NCBI RefSeq assembly: GCF_009914755.1
Contig: NC_060928.1
DNA length: 64,000 nt
Strand: one strand, 5' to 3'
Source: the human T2T-CHM13v2.0 reference genome, Homo sapiens
Of this stretch, positions 42,480 to 64,000 are shown in pieces (positions within the stretch are counted from its first letter, which is position 1; each line of letters begins with the position of its first letter). Below the pieces are notes generated by a model. It saw only the letters and a list, made by a program, of their open reading frames with translations. It did no database searches and had not been told where the DNA came from. The position numbers and the translations under genes are program-made.

Positions 42480-43315
42480 TGTCAAGAGAAAGAAAACTAA
42501 AAGAAAGCAGAAATGGGTCCTCAAACAGAGCCCAATTCCACAGCAGCCACCTGGGGCCCATAAGAAAGTACTATGGGAACAGAAGCCAATGTTTTAAGCA
42601 CGGCAGAGTAAAAGAGGAAAAAGGGTTATGACTATCACTTGAAAAGATTCTTATGATTCAGTATAGTTTACTATAACAGAAGAATTCATTGAAGAGAAGT
42701 GATTTATATTCTAAAATCAAACTATGTAAATCTCACTAAAAAGTTTAAAATAAGCACCTCACACAGATAGCTCATTTATAATCTAGCATTCATATATACT
42801 TATAACTAACAACATCTAACTGGTAATTACCAATACTTAGTAATTTGTATATTAATTAAAGTATATTAATTTTTGTTTTTGTTGCATTTGCTTTGGAGTC
42901 TTAGTCATAAAGGGAAACTTCTTTCTTATTTCTTTTTAGAATCCTTCCTTTCTTCTTATCTGCAAATCATTGAAAAGTTGTAACTTTCAAAAGCTTTTGG
43001 AAGGAGAAGAAACATACCTTTCCTCATGTAGACAATCCAATAATTTGGTTATAAAAATGTATCCCATACTACCCTGAAATTCACAAGTGCCAAGGTCACT
43101 AGGAAATGTAACCAAGTGTCTTCATCAAAGGCAAAGGGTTTATATTAAGATGGAAAAATATGACTTCCACATTGGAGATTTCTTATAAATATTTAGAGTA
43201 TTATGAAATAGTTTATCTGCTTTGATTTAGATGTTATAAATCAACTTACAATAATAAAAATAGGACAATTGTGCATTTGTATGCAGAACAATGCTTGAAA
43301 AATAGACAAGATTAA

Positions 43316-43441
43316 TTTTTTTTAAAAGGCAGAGTCTCACTATATTGTCCAACCTGGTTTCCAACTCCTGGCCTCAAGCAATCCTCTCTGCTCAACCTCC
43401 TGAGTAGCTGAGATTACAGGCATGTGCCACCATGCCCAGCT
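43316..43441 (-). mobile_element. Free Alu monomer (FLAM-like)
   Basis: About 125-nt single monomer preceded by a T tract. Confidence 0.8.
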
Positions 43442-43603
43442 ATAGATGCTAGATTTTTTAAATTGCATTTTTTAAAGTATAAAATATGTATCACTTTAAA
43501 ATATGCTTTAGTTTCAGCAAGGTAAAATAAACCGTCAAAACTTGAGAGATCCTTTAGATCGCTTTATAAAAAGAAAACTAGCAGAATTATTATGTGACTA
43601 AAA

Positions 43604-43985
<382 letters not shown>

Positions 43986-44531
43986 TTATAGTGGTGTTTG
44001 GAGAAAATTATGTAAATATTTATGCAAAGACAGCTTTGCAGAACACATCGAGCTGCATTAGAACTGCTTGTGCCAGTGTGCACAGGCAGCCTCACAGTTG
44101 GATCAACAGCCTGAAAAGCAGATGTGCCAATTTCCTGTATTTGATTATGATGATTCCTAATTATGCCAAAGCTGTGGCAATGTCCTTCCCTAGAATGACT
44201 CTTAATTTTGTTTTGCTAAACCACACACACAACCTGTTTTGGATGTGTAATTCATTGTCACGTTAAGTCTATGAAATACTCATTTGTTTGCTTAATAGTT
44301 CTGAGGACAATAATTCACAGGGATGCTGTTTTTTTTTTTAATTTTGTATTCTCAAGCACACTGTGGAAAAAAGAAAGAAAATATGCATAGTGATATAGCC
44401 ATGCTGTTCAAAATCAGTGAGGCATAGACTTTCCCACCACTGTCTACAAATTAAGGGAATACTGTTTTATGGTTGTTCTTCAAAGGCCAGTTTTCTCATT
44501 TCACTTGTTTACATTTACAATGTCATTATCA

Positions 44532-44918
<387 letters not shown>

Positions 44919-45899
44919 TCAAAATTAACAAATAGCTTGACAATTTAGGTACTTAGAACTTAATAGTAAGATAGCTGAAGGGGAAAAAAGCAAAACGTGA
45001 TTAATTAGTAGAGCCATAAAACCTTCCATAAGAACCGTGTATAGTTACAGGAACATTTGCTAACCAAGACTATAACAGATACATTGTTTTGCAGCTCTGA
45101 TCCCAGAATATTCATATTTGCAAATATTCATATTTGCTTTATAATTTAAAGTATGCTTTTTATTTATAATCCCTTTTTATTCTGTACAACGATCCTATAA
45201 GTTCTATATTGTTGATATTTTCATTTATAGATGTAGAAATGAGTTCAAAGAGGTTAAATTACATGTTCAAAGTAAACAGTAGAACAAGGACTTAAGCTTT
45301 GACCTGTAAGTAGACCATCAATTATTTATTAAGTACCTATTTATTAACTAGGCTTGATCCATATGAAAGATAGTGACGGGGCAAAGCTTAAGTCTGGCAT
45401 CCTCCCATTTCAAACTTTTGATGAACTGCAATGTCATGTATCTCCCTTCCAGGGCTCTAGTGCCTTCCTGCTGCTCCATGTATGAGGAAGCAACTTAGGT
45501 CCTTCTACCCCAGGGAGTGACCCATGCTTTAGATATTTCTCTGCAGTTTTCTCTCAAATTCCATCTACTTTTCCTATTTATAAGCTTAATCCAGATTTCC
45601 TCATTATGGAGAAACTTAGAGAACTGGATTGTGATTTGCACTCAAATGTAAGTTAGGCGAAAAAAAAATTCTTTGTTTTCTTTTATCTTACATTTCCAAC
45701 AGAACCTCTAATGTGGACCTGGAGATACTGTAGGCTTAGCACATTTCTGTTAAATAAATGTACTTGTAGTCCATCCTTAAACTCACAAAGCTGGCTACCT
45801 GCCTGTCTTATTTTTTATTTTTAAACAAAATACACTTAGAAGAAAGAATGCAATATGCAATATACAAAATTAAGAACTTAATGTAGGAGTTGAGAGTAT

Positions 45900-46370
45900 A
45901 TAAAAAACCAAAAGAGCCTGAGATGGGCCTAGATAGAGGTAGTTTATCTGAAGAATGTTCTCTAGAAGCAGGAATGAGGGAGTGTGTGGAGGAAAAAAAC
46001 ACCCAACGTAGAGTTTTATAAGCAAGATTGCCATTGTAGGTGATAGGAGCTTGACTCCCTCAAAATATCTTAACAATGTACAGAACATATTCCAGACTGT
46101 CCAGTGACAAACAAAAGGTTGGATAATTCATCTGTGAGCTCCAATGATGGAGGGCCACCATCATGGTGTTAATATCCCTACACTTCCAATAGCACAAGCA
46201 GGTTTCCAAAATTTTGTAGAAGGCCCTGACAAGGAAAGTAGAAAGACAGGATAGCGGATGCTATTAACACAAGATGAGTCTGAACTTACGTGGAACTAAA
46301 CATGGGAGCAGCAGCTAAAATTTAAGGTTGGTGGAGAGGATGTGACACAAAGCACCAAAGGCATCTGCTC
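45900..46370 (-). mobile_element. ERVL LTR (LTR16/33-like), degraded
   Basis: aaagagcctgagatg...gtagtttatctga...agaagcaggaatgaggg...cacaaagcaccaaaggcatctgct. Confidence 0.45.
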
Positions 46371-47399
46371 CAACAACACAAAACAAAATCAAAAGATATT
46401 AGTGGTATAATTCTTCTAGTTACTGAAACTAGAAGAAATTTCTAGAATTCTTGGAATTCAGGAAGAATACTATCTTCTGATAACTGAATTGACCAAATAT
46501 CTCAAGCATTGTTACTTCTCTTTTCAGCTATTCACCAATGTTGAATGGCACCTAAAAATCAGTTCAAACTTATAGACAATCAGTTCAAACTATAAACTTA
46601 TAGGCTGTAATATGTACCCTGGACCAATTTCCCTACCAGCTTTTAAGAAAACTATGAAGGCTTAGGATAGATTTACATGGTTCAGGTAACTATTATGTAC
46701 AAAACTATTATATGCAAAATTTCTGGATGCTGCAGAAATGATGACGTGAATAAGTCAAAGTATCTGACATAAGGAAACCTAAACTTGGTTTGCAAAGTAA
46801 ATCTCTTGCTTTTGTACTAGTAGTACAGTCAATGCATTACACTTGCTAAATAAAAGATGAGGGAATAATCCATAGGAAGCAGATAATGCTATGAACTTGG
46901 TTGTAAAACATAGCTTCATAAACAAAATTAAATTTGGAGTAGGTATAGAAGAGTGAAAATAATGAAGATTTGGAAGACAGAGGAGAGCTTTTCAGGCAGG
47001 AGAAACCTAAATATTACTGTTGAACAAAAATCTTAAAAATAAAAAATAAGTTTAAAATAAATAAATGAGTAGAAGTGCATCCCTGGAGCATTAGATAAAT
47101 TTTTCTCACAAAATGAAAATATATTTTGAGGAAAAAGGTAACATAAGATTGGAAAGCTAGATAGGAGTCATATTTAAGAGAATTGTGAATGCCAGCACTG
47201 AAATTTAAAGTTTAGACTCTGGACAATAGTCATTGAAGATTTGGGGCAGGTGGTGGAGTGAGAGGAAAAACATTGTTTTCAGAATATTGGAACAGTGTCA
47301 GTGATGGCTGAAGGGAAAAAGATCTTTTGTAGTCCAAGTTCAAATGATCCCAAAATCTCCAACTGAATTAAAGGCATAGCAAAATGTCTTTAATTTAAA

Positions 47400-49790
47400 A
47401 AATAAATGTAAATCCTCTCTGGAGAAAAATACTCTTTCTCAGGGCTCAAATTATGTCTACAACATTTCATATACAATGACAGACAAGCAATTTAAATTAA
47501 TGAGAAAAAGAAGCTACAACCTAATCAAAGCAAAACAAAACAAAAACACATGAAAAAATAAAAAGAGAGCTATGGGATGCCATCAGAAGCTTTAAAAAAC
47601 TGTTTGATAAGTTAAAGAGAATAAAAATATTTTGACAGAACTAGAATTTATTTTAAACAAAGTAACATTTTAAAAAGAAAAATGCAATAAGCAAAATTGA
47701 GAACTCAATGTAGAGTTTACGGAAGATTATATAAGTTGAAGAGAAAACTAATGAGCTAGAAGGTGGATCAGAGGAAAAGATTCAGAGAGAGTATAAAGAG
47801 ACAAAAGTATTAAAAAAAAAAGAAAGAAAATCATATTAAAATCATAGAAGAGTAACAAATAAACCTAACATATGTATAATTGGAGAACCAAGAAGGAAAG
47901 AAGAGAGATAATCAGGAAGATGAACAGAAATGTTGGAAGTCAGAAGAACATAAGATGACTTCAAGTTACTGAAAGAAAATGACTGCCAACTAGGAGTTTG
48001 ACACTAAGGAAAAGTATCTTCCAGAAACTGAGGAGAAATAAAATTATTTTAAGACATATATAAACAGAGGATGTGTTCATTTCAAACCCATATTGAATTT
48101 TAGGAAATTCTAAAGAGTATTCTTTACACCAGGGAAATATGATCACAGATAGAAATTCAGAAATGCAATACAAAAATAACACAAAGTGGCAAATATATGA
48201 GTAACTCTCAATAAATATTAACTGTTCAAACAACAATAATAATAATGTCTTCTGAAGTTTAAAATTTACCAAGAATGTAAGTAGATGGCAATATAGCATA
48301 AAAACTGTGAGGGAGATAAATGGAATTAAAGTGTTCTAAGATCCTTCTATTATCCAGAAAAAGAAGAGTACTAATTTATACTTATTTGATAATTTAATGA
48401 TGCACACTAATTTCAAGGTAGTCACCAAAAGATACTAAAACAATGCATGGCTTTTAAGATAAGGCAGCGGGAAAAATAGAAAAATTCGAAAATCCTGAAT
48501 GAATCCAAAGAAGAAAAGAAAAAAGAAAGACAAAAAGAAAAACTAGACCAGTTGGGATGAATAGAAAACACACAACAATATGGTAGATTTAAACAAAAAT
48601 ATATCAAAATTGAATTAAATGTGGCTAGCTTATGTTCCAATTAAAAGATAAGGATTATTAGCATGGAATTTATAAAACAAAACTCAACTACCCACCTACG
48701 AAAATAGATAATGCAAATATAAGCACAGATAAAAATGGGGGAAGGGAGAGCATCAGGATAAATAGCCAATGCATGCAGGGCTTAATGCCTAGGTGATGGG
48801 TTGATAGGTGTAGCAAACCACCATGGCACAAGTTTATCTATGTAACAAATCTGCATGTCCTGCACATGTGTCTCGGAACTTAAAATTAAATTGAATTAAA
48901 ATTTTAAAACAGAAAAAATTGAATGTATAAGAATAAAGTAAAATGAGGTATATATTGCAAACACTAATCAAAAGAAAGCTGATACCCCCATATTAATATC
49001 AAACCAAGTAGGTTTTAAGGCAAAAAGCAATATTAGGGCTCAAGAAAACATAATAATAAAAAAAGTTTAATTCACCAGGAAGATATAGCTCTAAACATGA
49101 TAAGCAAAAATTGAGAGAACTAAAATAAGAAATAAATAAATCTACACTCATAGTGGGATATTACAACATACTTCTCTCCAAAACTAATAGAATATGCAAA
49201 TAGAACATTAGTAAAGATATGAAAGATTTATCAACATGATTGACAAAATAATCTAATTTTGTCATGTAGTAGATACTGCATGCAGCAATAGCAAACTACA
49301 TATTCTTTTCAGATGCCCAGAGAACACTGACAAAAAAGGACCATATGCTGGGACATAAATTAACATTGTGTACAAAGTATGTTCTTAGGCCACAATGAAA
49401 ATAAACTAAAAACCTATAATATTAATTAAAAATGATTACTGGAAAAATGTTTATGTGTTTGAAAATAAATAAACTTCTAAATAGTCAAACGGTTAATGAA
49501 GAAATTAAATTTTGAAATTAGAAAATATTTTAAATGCATAATAGTGAAAGTTCTGCTTGTCAAAATTGTGGGATACAGCTAAAGCTAAGTTTATGATCTT
49601 AAATGAATATTTTTTAAAACCATAGTTGAAATTCAATGAGATACGCATTCATTTCAAGAGAAGAAAAAGACCAGCCCAAAGAAAATAGAAAAAAAAGAAA
49701 ATGAAACATAAAATTAATGAAATAGCAAACAAACCCACCATAATGAGGATCAGCCAAAACAAAAGTTGATTCTTTAAAAACAAGGCACAG
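47400..49790 (+). mobile_element. Ancient L1M ORF1/ORF2-region relic with nested L1PA 3' fragment (48737-48905)
   Basis: Very A-rich; aacactaatcaaaagaaagctg, ttcaccaggaaga, gaccatatgctgggacataa and tgtgggatacagctaaagc are L1 endonuclease-region motifs. Confidence 0.7.
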
Positions 49791-51139
49791 CACATTGAAA
49801 GGGCATGTGAGGAAAGGAAAAAACAGTAACAGTAGTCACAGATTTGGCTAACAGGAAAATTAGAAAATTGAGTATCAATATTTCATCTTTAAATGACCTA
49901 TAACACTGATAAAATAAAGATTCTTGTCGTTAAATTTTTAATCTTAAAACTTGGTACTCTTGCTTCTGGTCTAAGCTCCTCCAGTCTCTCTCTCTCCATC
50001 TCATTACTGTCAGTGGGATGATGTGAAATTCCTCAGTGATGCACACTGCCTTAGCATGGTTTATGAAGCCCTTAATGGTATAGTCCTTATCTATCCAGTA
50101 TCATTTTCCACTACCCTCTATCCTGCACTTCATATCTCCGAAATAACTACTTGTAGTTTCTCAAACACGTTCATGCTTAATTCTACTTGCAATTTCATGT
50201 GACATTAATGGGAAATAAATGATATTCTCATTTAACCAACTTGTATTAATAGCTATCGTTCAAGAAGGTATTAAGTATTCTCATTGTGGTCTTTCCTGAT
50301 GTCCCGCCTACACCTAAATAAATACACTTTCCTTTGTGTTCCCATATACTCCTTGTTCCCATGTCAACTATAACACATACGCTACCATTTTATAATTACT
50401 TAAACTTTGACTTTCTCAAGTATTTGTGAGCAGCCTCAAATTTTAAAACTCCATCTCTAGGACTTTAATAGTTGTGAACACAAATAATTGAAAAAACAGA
50501 AACATCTATTGAAAACCTTCTTACAAAAGACAGACAACTATCCTCTATATGATCCCTCATAGAATGACTAATTTTTTAAACTACTACCATGCAAGCTTCA
50601 AAAGGTAGGATGTTTTTAAATTAGAGGCCATTACTTTATAATCCATCTGCCAGAACTATTTTTAAAAATTAAGTTAGCCTTTTCTTTCATTATGTGATCT
50701 TATGTCCAACATCCACTGTTGATCAAGGCACTTAAATAAGCTTTAACGTAGCAACCAGGTGGTCCTGCTAAGTTCTGAGGCTATAACTCCACAAGGACAC
50801 AGGGAATTACTCTCAACTTACTTCAAGTCTAGTGTGAAGACATGCCATGATGAGAACCACACTAATTAATAGACCATGTATCTGCAGGACCTATGCACCT
50901 TGGGTTTTGGGGGAATAGTCTTGGTTTCAGTTAGTCTCTTCTATTTCCCCATAAGTACATAACAATCTGTGAGAATATGTGTTTCTTTACGTGTGTTTGT
51001 GTGTGTATACATACATATATAATATATATATACACACACACACATAAATATAGTCATCCATCTCCTATCTGTTACCTGTCTATCCTTCCCCAAATGTTTC
51101 AAAAAAAGATGTTAAGATGAATTGTGAGAATAAGTATAA

Positions 51140-52540
51140 AATATTTTCAACAAAAAGTGCTGGAACAACTGAATACTCACATGCAAAAAAAAAAAATGAA
51201 TCTCGACACAGATCTTATACCCCTCACAAAAATTCACTCAAAATAGATTATAGACCTAATTGTAGAACACAAAACTATAAAATTTATTGAAGATAACATA
51301 GGAGAAAATCTAGATGATCTTTGGTTTGGTGATGACATTTTAGATACAACACCAAAGGCATAATGCGTAAAAGAAAGAATTGAGAAGCTGGACTTCAGTA
51401 GAATAAAATAATTTCTGCTCTGTGAAAGACACTGTCGAGAGTATAAAAAGAAAAGCCAGAAACTGGAATTTGCGAAAGGCAAATCTGATAAAAGACTGTT
51501 ATCCAAAATATATAAAGAACTCTTAAAAATCAACAATAAGAGATCACTCAATTACAGAATGAACCAAAGGCTTGAACAGACACCTCACCAAAGAAGACAT
51601 ATAGATGGCAAATAAACATGTGAAGGAACATCCACTCCACATCATCTCATCAGAAAAATCCAAATAAAAACAACTGTGAGATACCATTATGCATCTATTA
51701 GAATGACCAAAATCCAGAACACTGACACTACCAAATGCTGGCAAGAATGTGGAGAAACAGGAATTCTACTTCATTGCTGGGGGGAATGCAAAATGTTGTA
51801 ACCACTGTGGAAGACAGGCAGTTTCTTACAAAACTAACATGCTCTTACCATACAACCCAGCAATCACACTTCTTGGTATTTTCCCAAAGCAGTTGAAAAC
51901 TTATACTTACACAAAAACCTGTAAGAGATGGTTACAGCAGCTTTATATATAATTGTCAAAACTTGGAAGCAACCAAGATGTCCTTCAATAGGAAAACTGC
52001 CAAATAAATTGTGGTACACCAAGCGAATGGAATTCTACCGAGCACTCAAAAAGAATTGAACTATCAAGTCATGAAAAGATATGGAGGAAACTTAAATGCA
52101 TATTACTAAGTGAAAGAAGCCAATCTAAAAAGTCTGCTTACTGTATGATTCCAACTATATGACATTTTGGGAAAGGAAAAACTATGGAGACAGTAAAAAG
52201 ATCAGTGGTTTCCAGGGGTTAGGAAGGATGAATAGGCAGAGCACAGAGGACCTGTAAGGCAGTGAGAATATTCTGCATGACACTATAACGGTAGATACAT
52301 GTCATTACACATTTGTCCAAACCCGTACAACTTACTACAACAAGTATGAATCTAAATGTAAACTGTAGGGAATAATGATGTGCCAATGTGCGTTCATGAA
52401 ATGTAACAAATATACTACTCTGGTGGGGGATGTTGATAGCGGGGAAGGCTATGGATGTGTGGAGGCAGGATATACATGAAAACTCTCTGTACCTTCCTTT
52501 CAATTTTGCTATGAATCTAAAACTGCTCTAAAAAGTCTTT
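51140..52540 (+). mobile_element. L1MC1/2-like 3' region
   Basis: ttcaacaaa..gtgctggaacaactg; cctcaccaaagaaga; cactgacactaccaaatgctggc; ctctggtgggggatgttgata; tgaatctaaaactgctctaa. Confidence 0.85.
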
Positions 52541-52599
52541 AAATTAATTAATTAATTTAATTTAATACAAAAGGGTAAAATTTTAAACCAAATCTAACT

Positions 52600-52880
52600 T
52601 CACATGCCTGTAATCCTAGCACTTTGGAAGGCCAAGGCTGGAATATTTCTTAAGGCCAGGAGTTTGACATCACTCTGGGCAACATGACAAAAATTCATCT
52701 CTACCAAAAAGAAAAAAAAATTAGGCGTGGTCGCACGCCTGTAGTCCTAGCTACTCTCAGGAGGCTGAGGTGGGAGGATCCCTTGAGCCCAGAAGTTTGA
52801 GCTTACTGTGAGCCATGATTGGGCCACCACACTCCAGCCTGGACCACAGATGGAGTCTCTCTCTCTAAAAAAAATTAAAA
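52600..52880 (+). mobile_element. AluJ (slightly 5'-truncated)
   Basis: ggaggctgaggtgggaggatcccttgagccca J-type diagnostic. Confidence 0.85.
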
Positions 52881-53627
52881 TGAAAGTAAATAAATAAACC
52901 TAACTATAGCCAGCTGTGTTAGATTCTCTGGAAACAAAGAATCTAAAAAAAATAAAAAAAGTTTAAAGCTCTACGACAATCATATTTTTTAATGATTTAT
53001 AAATAAAATGAGGTATTTTAGAATTACTTCATTGGGAAAATTTCTTCCCAAGTCTTTTAGACTTAGACAAAATGAAGACAAATAACCTGTTACAAGTCCA
53101 AGGATGGTGAAGTACTCAGAAAAGCCTATTTCCAAAGCGTGTATTGAATAGGTTCACTTTTCTCCATCCTCGCAGCCACTCCATCATGGTCCAAGCCACT
53201 ATTATCTCTCCCTTGGAAAATTAAATGGTTTTCTATCTAGTTTCTCCTTTTCCACTCTTGGCATTCTTTAACGCACATTTTACATAGCAGCTAAACTGAT
53301 ATTATAAAACCACAAACCTGATAATGATACTTCCCTGTCTACAGGGAAGCGCTTTTAGTGGCTTTCTACTGCCCTTAGGATGAAATCCAGATTCTTAGCA
53401 TGATGGCCCCTGCCCACACCCCCAGCCATCTTGGGTTATTCTCCCCTCATGTTTTATGCTCCAGGCATATCAGCGTTCTTCCCACTCTTTCCTTCCTTGA
53501 GGTCTTTAAACATAATATCCAATTCTTCCTGGAGTGTTCTTTCCCCCACCCATAACCTGGCTAATTCTTAAACATCAATTCTTCAGAGTTGACTTCCATT
53601 TCCTCTTCCCCCACAAATCTAGGTGAA

Positions 53628-53980
53628 GTCTGTTGGTTTGGGTTCTCTGGAAACCAGATTCTGAGATGGAATTAGGAGTGTGGATTGTTTTTGAGGGGCA
53701 ACGCCTGAACAGGAAAGCTGAGAAAACAAGACTGAGCAAGAGAGAGCTTCAGACGATGATGCTGAAGACACATTCCCTGCCAGACCAGCCAAAAGACCTG
53801 GAGCAAAGATTGTACATTGCAAGGGTCTCACATTGGATAGCAATGGCTAATCCCTTACACTACTGCCTTTTTCAGCCACTGACTAGAGTCACCTCTTCAA
53901 AGCAGAAGCTAATCCTTATGAAGCTAAAAGCTGAAGATTACCAGCTAGCCACCCGCCTTGGGTCTTGGCGGGAAGTTCTT
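53628..53980 (-). mobile_element. ERVL LTR (LTR33-like)
   Basis: gggttctctggaaaccagattctgagatgga...ttgaggggcaacgcctg. Confidence 0.5.
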
Positions 53981-53981
53981 T

Positions 53982-54128
53982 CTTTTTTATTTTATAATTT
54001 TTTAGAAAATACAGATGGGTTTTTGCTATGTTGACCAGGCTGGTCTTAAACTCCTGACCTCAAGTGATTCTCTTATCTCAGCATCCCAAAGTGTTGGGAT
54101 TTCAGGCATGAGTCACCACAACTGGCCA
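53982..54128 (-). mobile_element. Alu left monomer (FLAM_C/AluJ half)
   Basis: caggctggtcttaaactcctgacctcaagtgat...cccaaagtgttgggatt. Confidence 0.8.
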
Positions 54129-54149
54129 GCAAATTATTTCTTTATTTTA

Positions 54150-55648
54150 AAATTTTTTGAGGTAAAACATCCATATAAAATGCACCATATTTGCCATTTT
54201 TAAGTGTACAGTTCAGTGGTGCTCTTAAAACAGTCTTTAAATGTAAGAATACATTTATATTCTTTCCTTTTCCCTTCATCCCGCTTCCTGCTACCCTTCC
54301 CACCCTCTGGTAACCACAAGTCTACTTTCTATCTTAATGAGATCCACTTTTTTAGCTCCCACATATAAGTGACAACATGTGATGTTTGTCTTTCTGTGCC
54401 CGGCTTATTTCATTTAATAAAATGACATCCAGTTCTATCCATGTAACTGCAAGTGATAGCATTGTATTTTTTTATGGCTAAATAATATTCAATTGTGTAT
54501 ATATGCCACATTTTCTTTATCCATTCATTCACTAATGAGCACTTAGGCTGATTCCATATCTGGGCTACTGTGAATAGTGTTGCAGTAAACATAACAGTGC
54601 AGATATCTCTTCGATATATTGATTTCCTTTCCTTTGGATATATATCAAGTGGTAGAATTGCAGGATCATATGGTAGCTCTATTTTTAGTTTTTGGGAGGA
54701 ACCACCACACTGTTCTCCATAGTGGTTGTACTAATTTACATTCCCACCAACAGTGTATGAGGGTTCAACTTTCTCTACATCCTCTCCAGCATCTGTTAAT
54801 ACCTGTCTTTGATACAAGCCATTTTAATTCTAATGAGATGATATCATCGTGGCTTTGATTTGCACTTTTCTGATGATTAGTGATATTGAGAATTTTTCAT
54901 ATATCTGTTGGCCAGTTTTATGTATTCTTTTGAGAAATGTCCATTCAGATATTTTGCCCTTTGTTTAATTGGATTATTTGTTTTTTTGCTATTGAATTGT
55001 TTGGACTCCTTATAAATTCTGCGTATTAATCCTTTGTGAGAAGGATAGTTTGCAAATGTTTTCTTCCATTTAGCAGGTTGTCCTTCCACTTTGTTGATTG
55101 TTTCTTTTGCTGTGAAGAAGCTTTTTAGCCTGATTTGATCTCATTTGTCTATTTTTGCTTTGGTTGCTTGTGCTTTTGAGGTCCTTCACAAAAGTTATTT
55201 GCCTAGGCCAGTGTCCCAGAGGATTTCTCAATGTTTTCTTCTAGCAGTGTCATAGTTTCAGCTCTTAGCTTTAAGTCTTATATCCATTTTGATTTGACTT
55301 TTTTGTGTGGTGAGGGAGATAGGGTGTAGTTTCATTCCTCTGCATATAGTTATCTAGTTTTTCTAGCACCATTTATTGAAATGACTCTCCTTTACCCATT
55401 GCATGTTCTTGGCACCTTTGTTGCAAATGAGTTGGCTGCAATGCATGAATTCATATCTAGTTTCTCTATTATGTTCTATTGGTCTATGTATCTGTTTATA
55501 TAACATTACCATGCTGTTTTGGTTACTACAGATTTGAAGTAAATTTGGATGTCAGGTGGTGTCATATTTTCATATTTCCAGCTCAATTCTCTTTGTGCAA
55601 GGTTGCCTTGGCTATTCAGTCTTGTGGTTCCATATATTTTAGGATTTT
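54150..55648 (-). mobile_element. L1MA-type element, 3' part (continues at 62660-64000)
   Basis: Antisense L1 3'UTR/ORF2 text; sequence resumes colinearly after the inserted L1PA. Confidence 0.85.
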
Positions 55649-55650
55649 AA

Positions 55651-62654
<7,004 letters not shown>

Positions 62655-62659
62655 AATTA

Positions 62660-64000
62660 TAGGATTTTTTTTCTATTTCTGTGAAGAATGTCATTGGTAT
62701 TTTGATAGGGATTGCTTTGTGTTTTCCTGCCATCTTAACAATATTAATTCTTCCAACCCATGCACATGGAACATTTTTTCATTTTTCTGTGTCTTCTTCA
62801 ATTTCTTTCATCAGTGTTTTATAGCTTTCCTTGTTTAGCTCTTTTAATTCTTTGGTTAGATTGAGTTCAATGTCTGTTATATTATTTGTAGCTATTGTAA
62901 GTGGAATTGCTTTCTTGATTAATTTTTCAGATTTTTTTGAAATAGAAATAGATAATTGAAATAGAAATTATATGAAGTATCTTAGTTGGTATATATAAAT
63001 GCTATTGATTTTTGTGTGCTGATTTTGTACCCAGAAACTACTGAATTTATTAACAAGTTATGACAGTTTTTTGATAAAGTCTTTAGTTTTTTCCAGATAT
63101 AAAATCATGTTATAGAAACAAGGCTAATTTTACTTACTATTTTGCAATTTGGATGCCCTTTATTTCTTTCTTTTGCCTAACTGCTCTTGCCAGAACTTTC
63201 AGTACTGTGTTGAGTAAAAGTGGTGTAAGTAGGCATCCTGAGCTTGTTCCAGATTTTAGTAGAAAGCCTTAAACTCTTTCCCATTTAGTACAATGTTAGC
63301 TGTGGGCTGGTCATATATGGCCTGTATTATTTTGAGGTATGTTCCTTTTATTCCCATTCTGATGAGGTTTTTTGCCATGAAGATATGTTGAATTTTATCA
63401 AATGCTTTTTTGGCATTTATTGAAATAATTGTATGGCTTTTGTTATTGATTCTCTTAATGTGATATATCGTGTTTATTGATTTGCATATGTTGACCTATT
63501 CTTGCATCCCAGGAATGAATCCAACTTGATTATGGCAAAGAACCTTTTTAATACATTGTTTTGTTTTGTTTTTTTGAGATGGAGTCTTGCTCTGTCGCCC
63601 AGGCTGGAGTGCAGTGGCGCAATCTTGGCTCGCTGCAAGCTCGGCCTCCTGGGTTCACACCATTCTCCTGCCTCAGCCTCCTGAGTATCTGGGATTACAG
63701 GCGCCTGCCACCATGCCTGGCTACTTTTTTGTATTTTTAGTAGAGATGGGGTTTCACCATGTTAGCTAGGATGGTCTCAATCTCCTGACCTTGTGATCCA
63801 CCTGCCGCAGACTCCCAAAGTGCTGGGATTACAGGCGTGAGCCACAGCACCCAGCCTTTAATACATTGTTGAATTCAGTTTGCTAGTATTTGTGTGTGTG
63901 TGTGTGTGTGCTTTTGTTTGTTTCTATTACTTTATTTGTGATCAAAATATCTCTTTAAAATAACTTGCTATATCTTTAAGATGTTTTTCATAAGCCTCAT
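62660..64000 (-). mobile_element. L1MA-type element, ORF2 part (continuation)
   Basis: ctatttctgtgaagaatgtcattggtattttgataggg; tttggatgccctttatttctttc. Confidence 0.85.
63561..63856 (-). mobile_element. AluY
   Basis: Antisense dimer (gcaagctc, caccattctcc); perfect TSD tttaatacattgtt at 63547-63560 and 63857-63870. Confidence 0.92.

Overview
Human genomic DNA (it carries a near-consensus AluYa5), recognisable as the 5' end of ANTXR2 (CMG2, 4q21) on the minus strand. Coding exons 1-3 lie at 12855-12704, 11949-11878 and 9803-9732, under a CpG-island promoter at about 12.35-13.6 kb. Bases 1-9731 are intron 3; exon 4 was not found in the window. About 6 kb upstream, on the plus strand, is a full-length processed KPNA2 pseudogene (probably KPNA2P1) with poly-A tail and target-site duplication (TSD). 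The remainder is mostly repeat-derived upstream DNA: Alu, L1, L2, MIR, MaLR/ERV LTRs and DNA transposon MITEs, including a full-length old L1PA and several nested insertions. I found no evidence of a new multi-gene system. The best second-look items are a 43-bp locally templated copy, a twin-primed L1, a 17-nt micro-Alu with TSD in intron 1, a MER81-borne NF-kB site, a candidate alternative first exon with a uORF, and retained CpGs in the pseudogene 5'UTR. Repeat subfamily names and boundaries are from memory of consensus sequences and are approximate.
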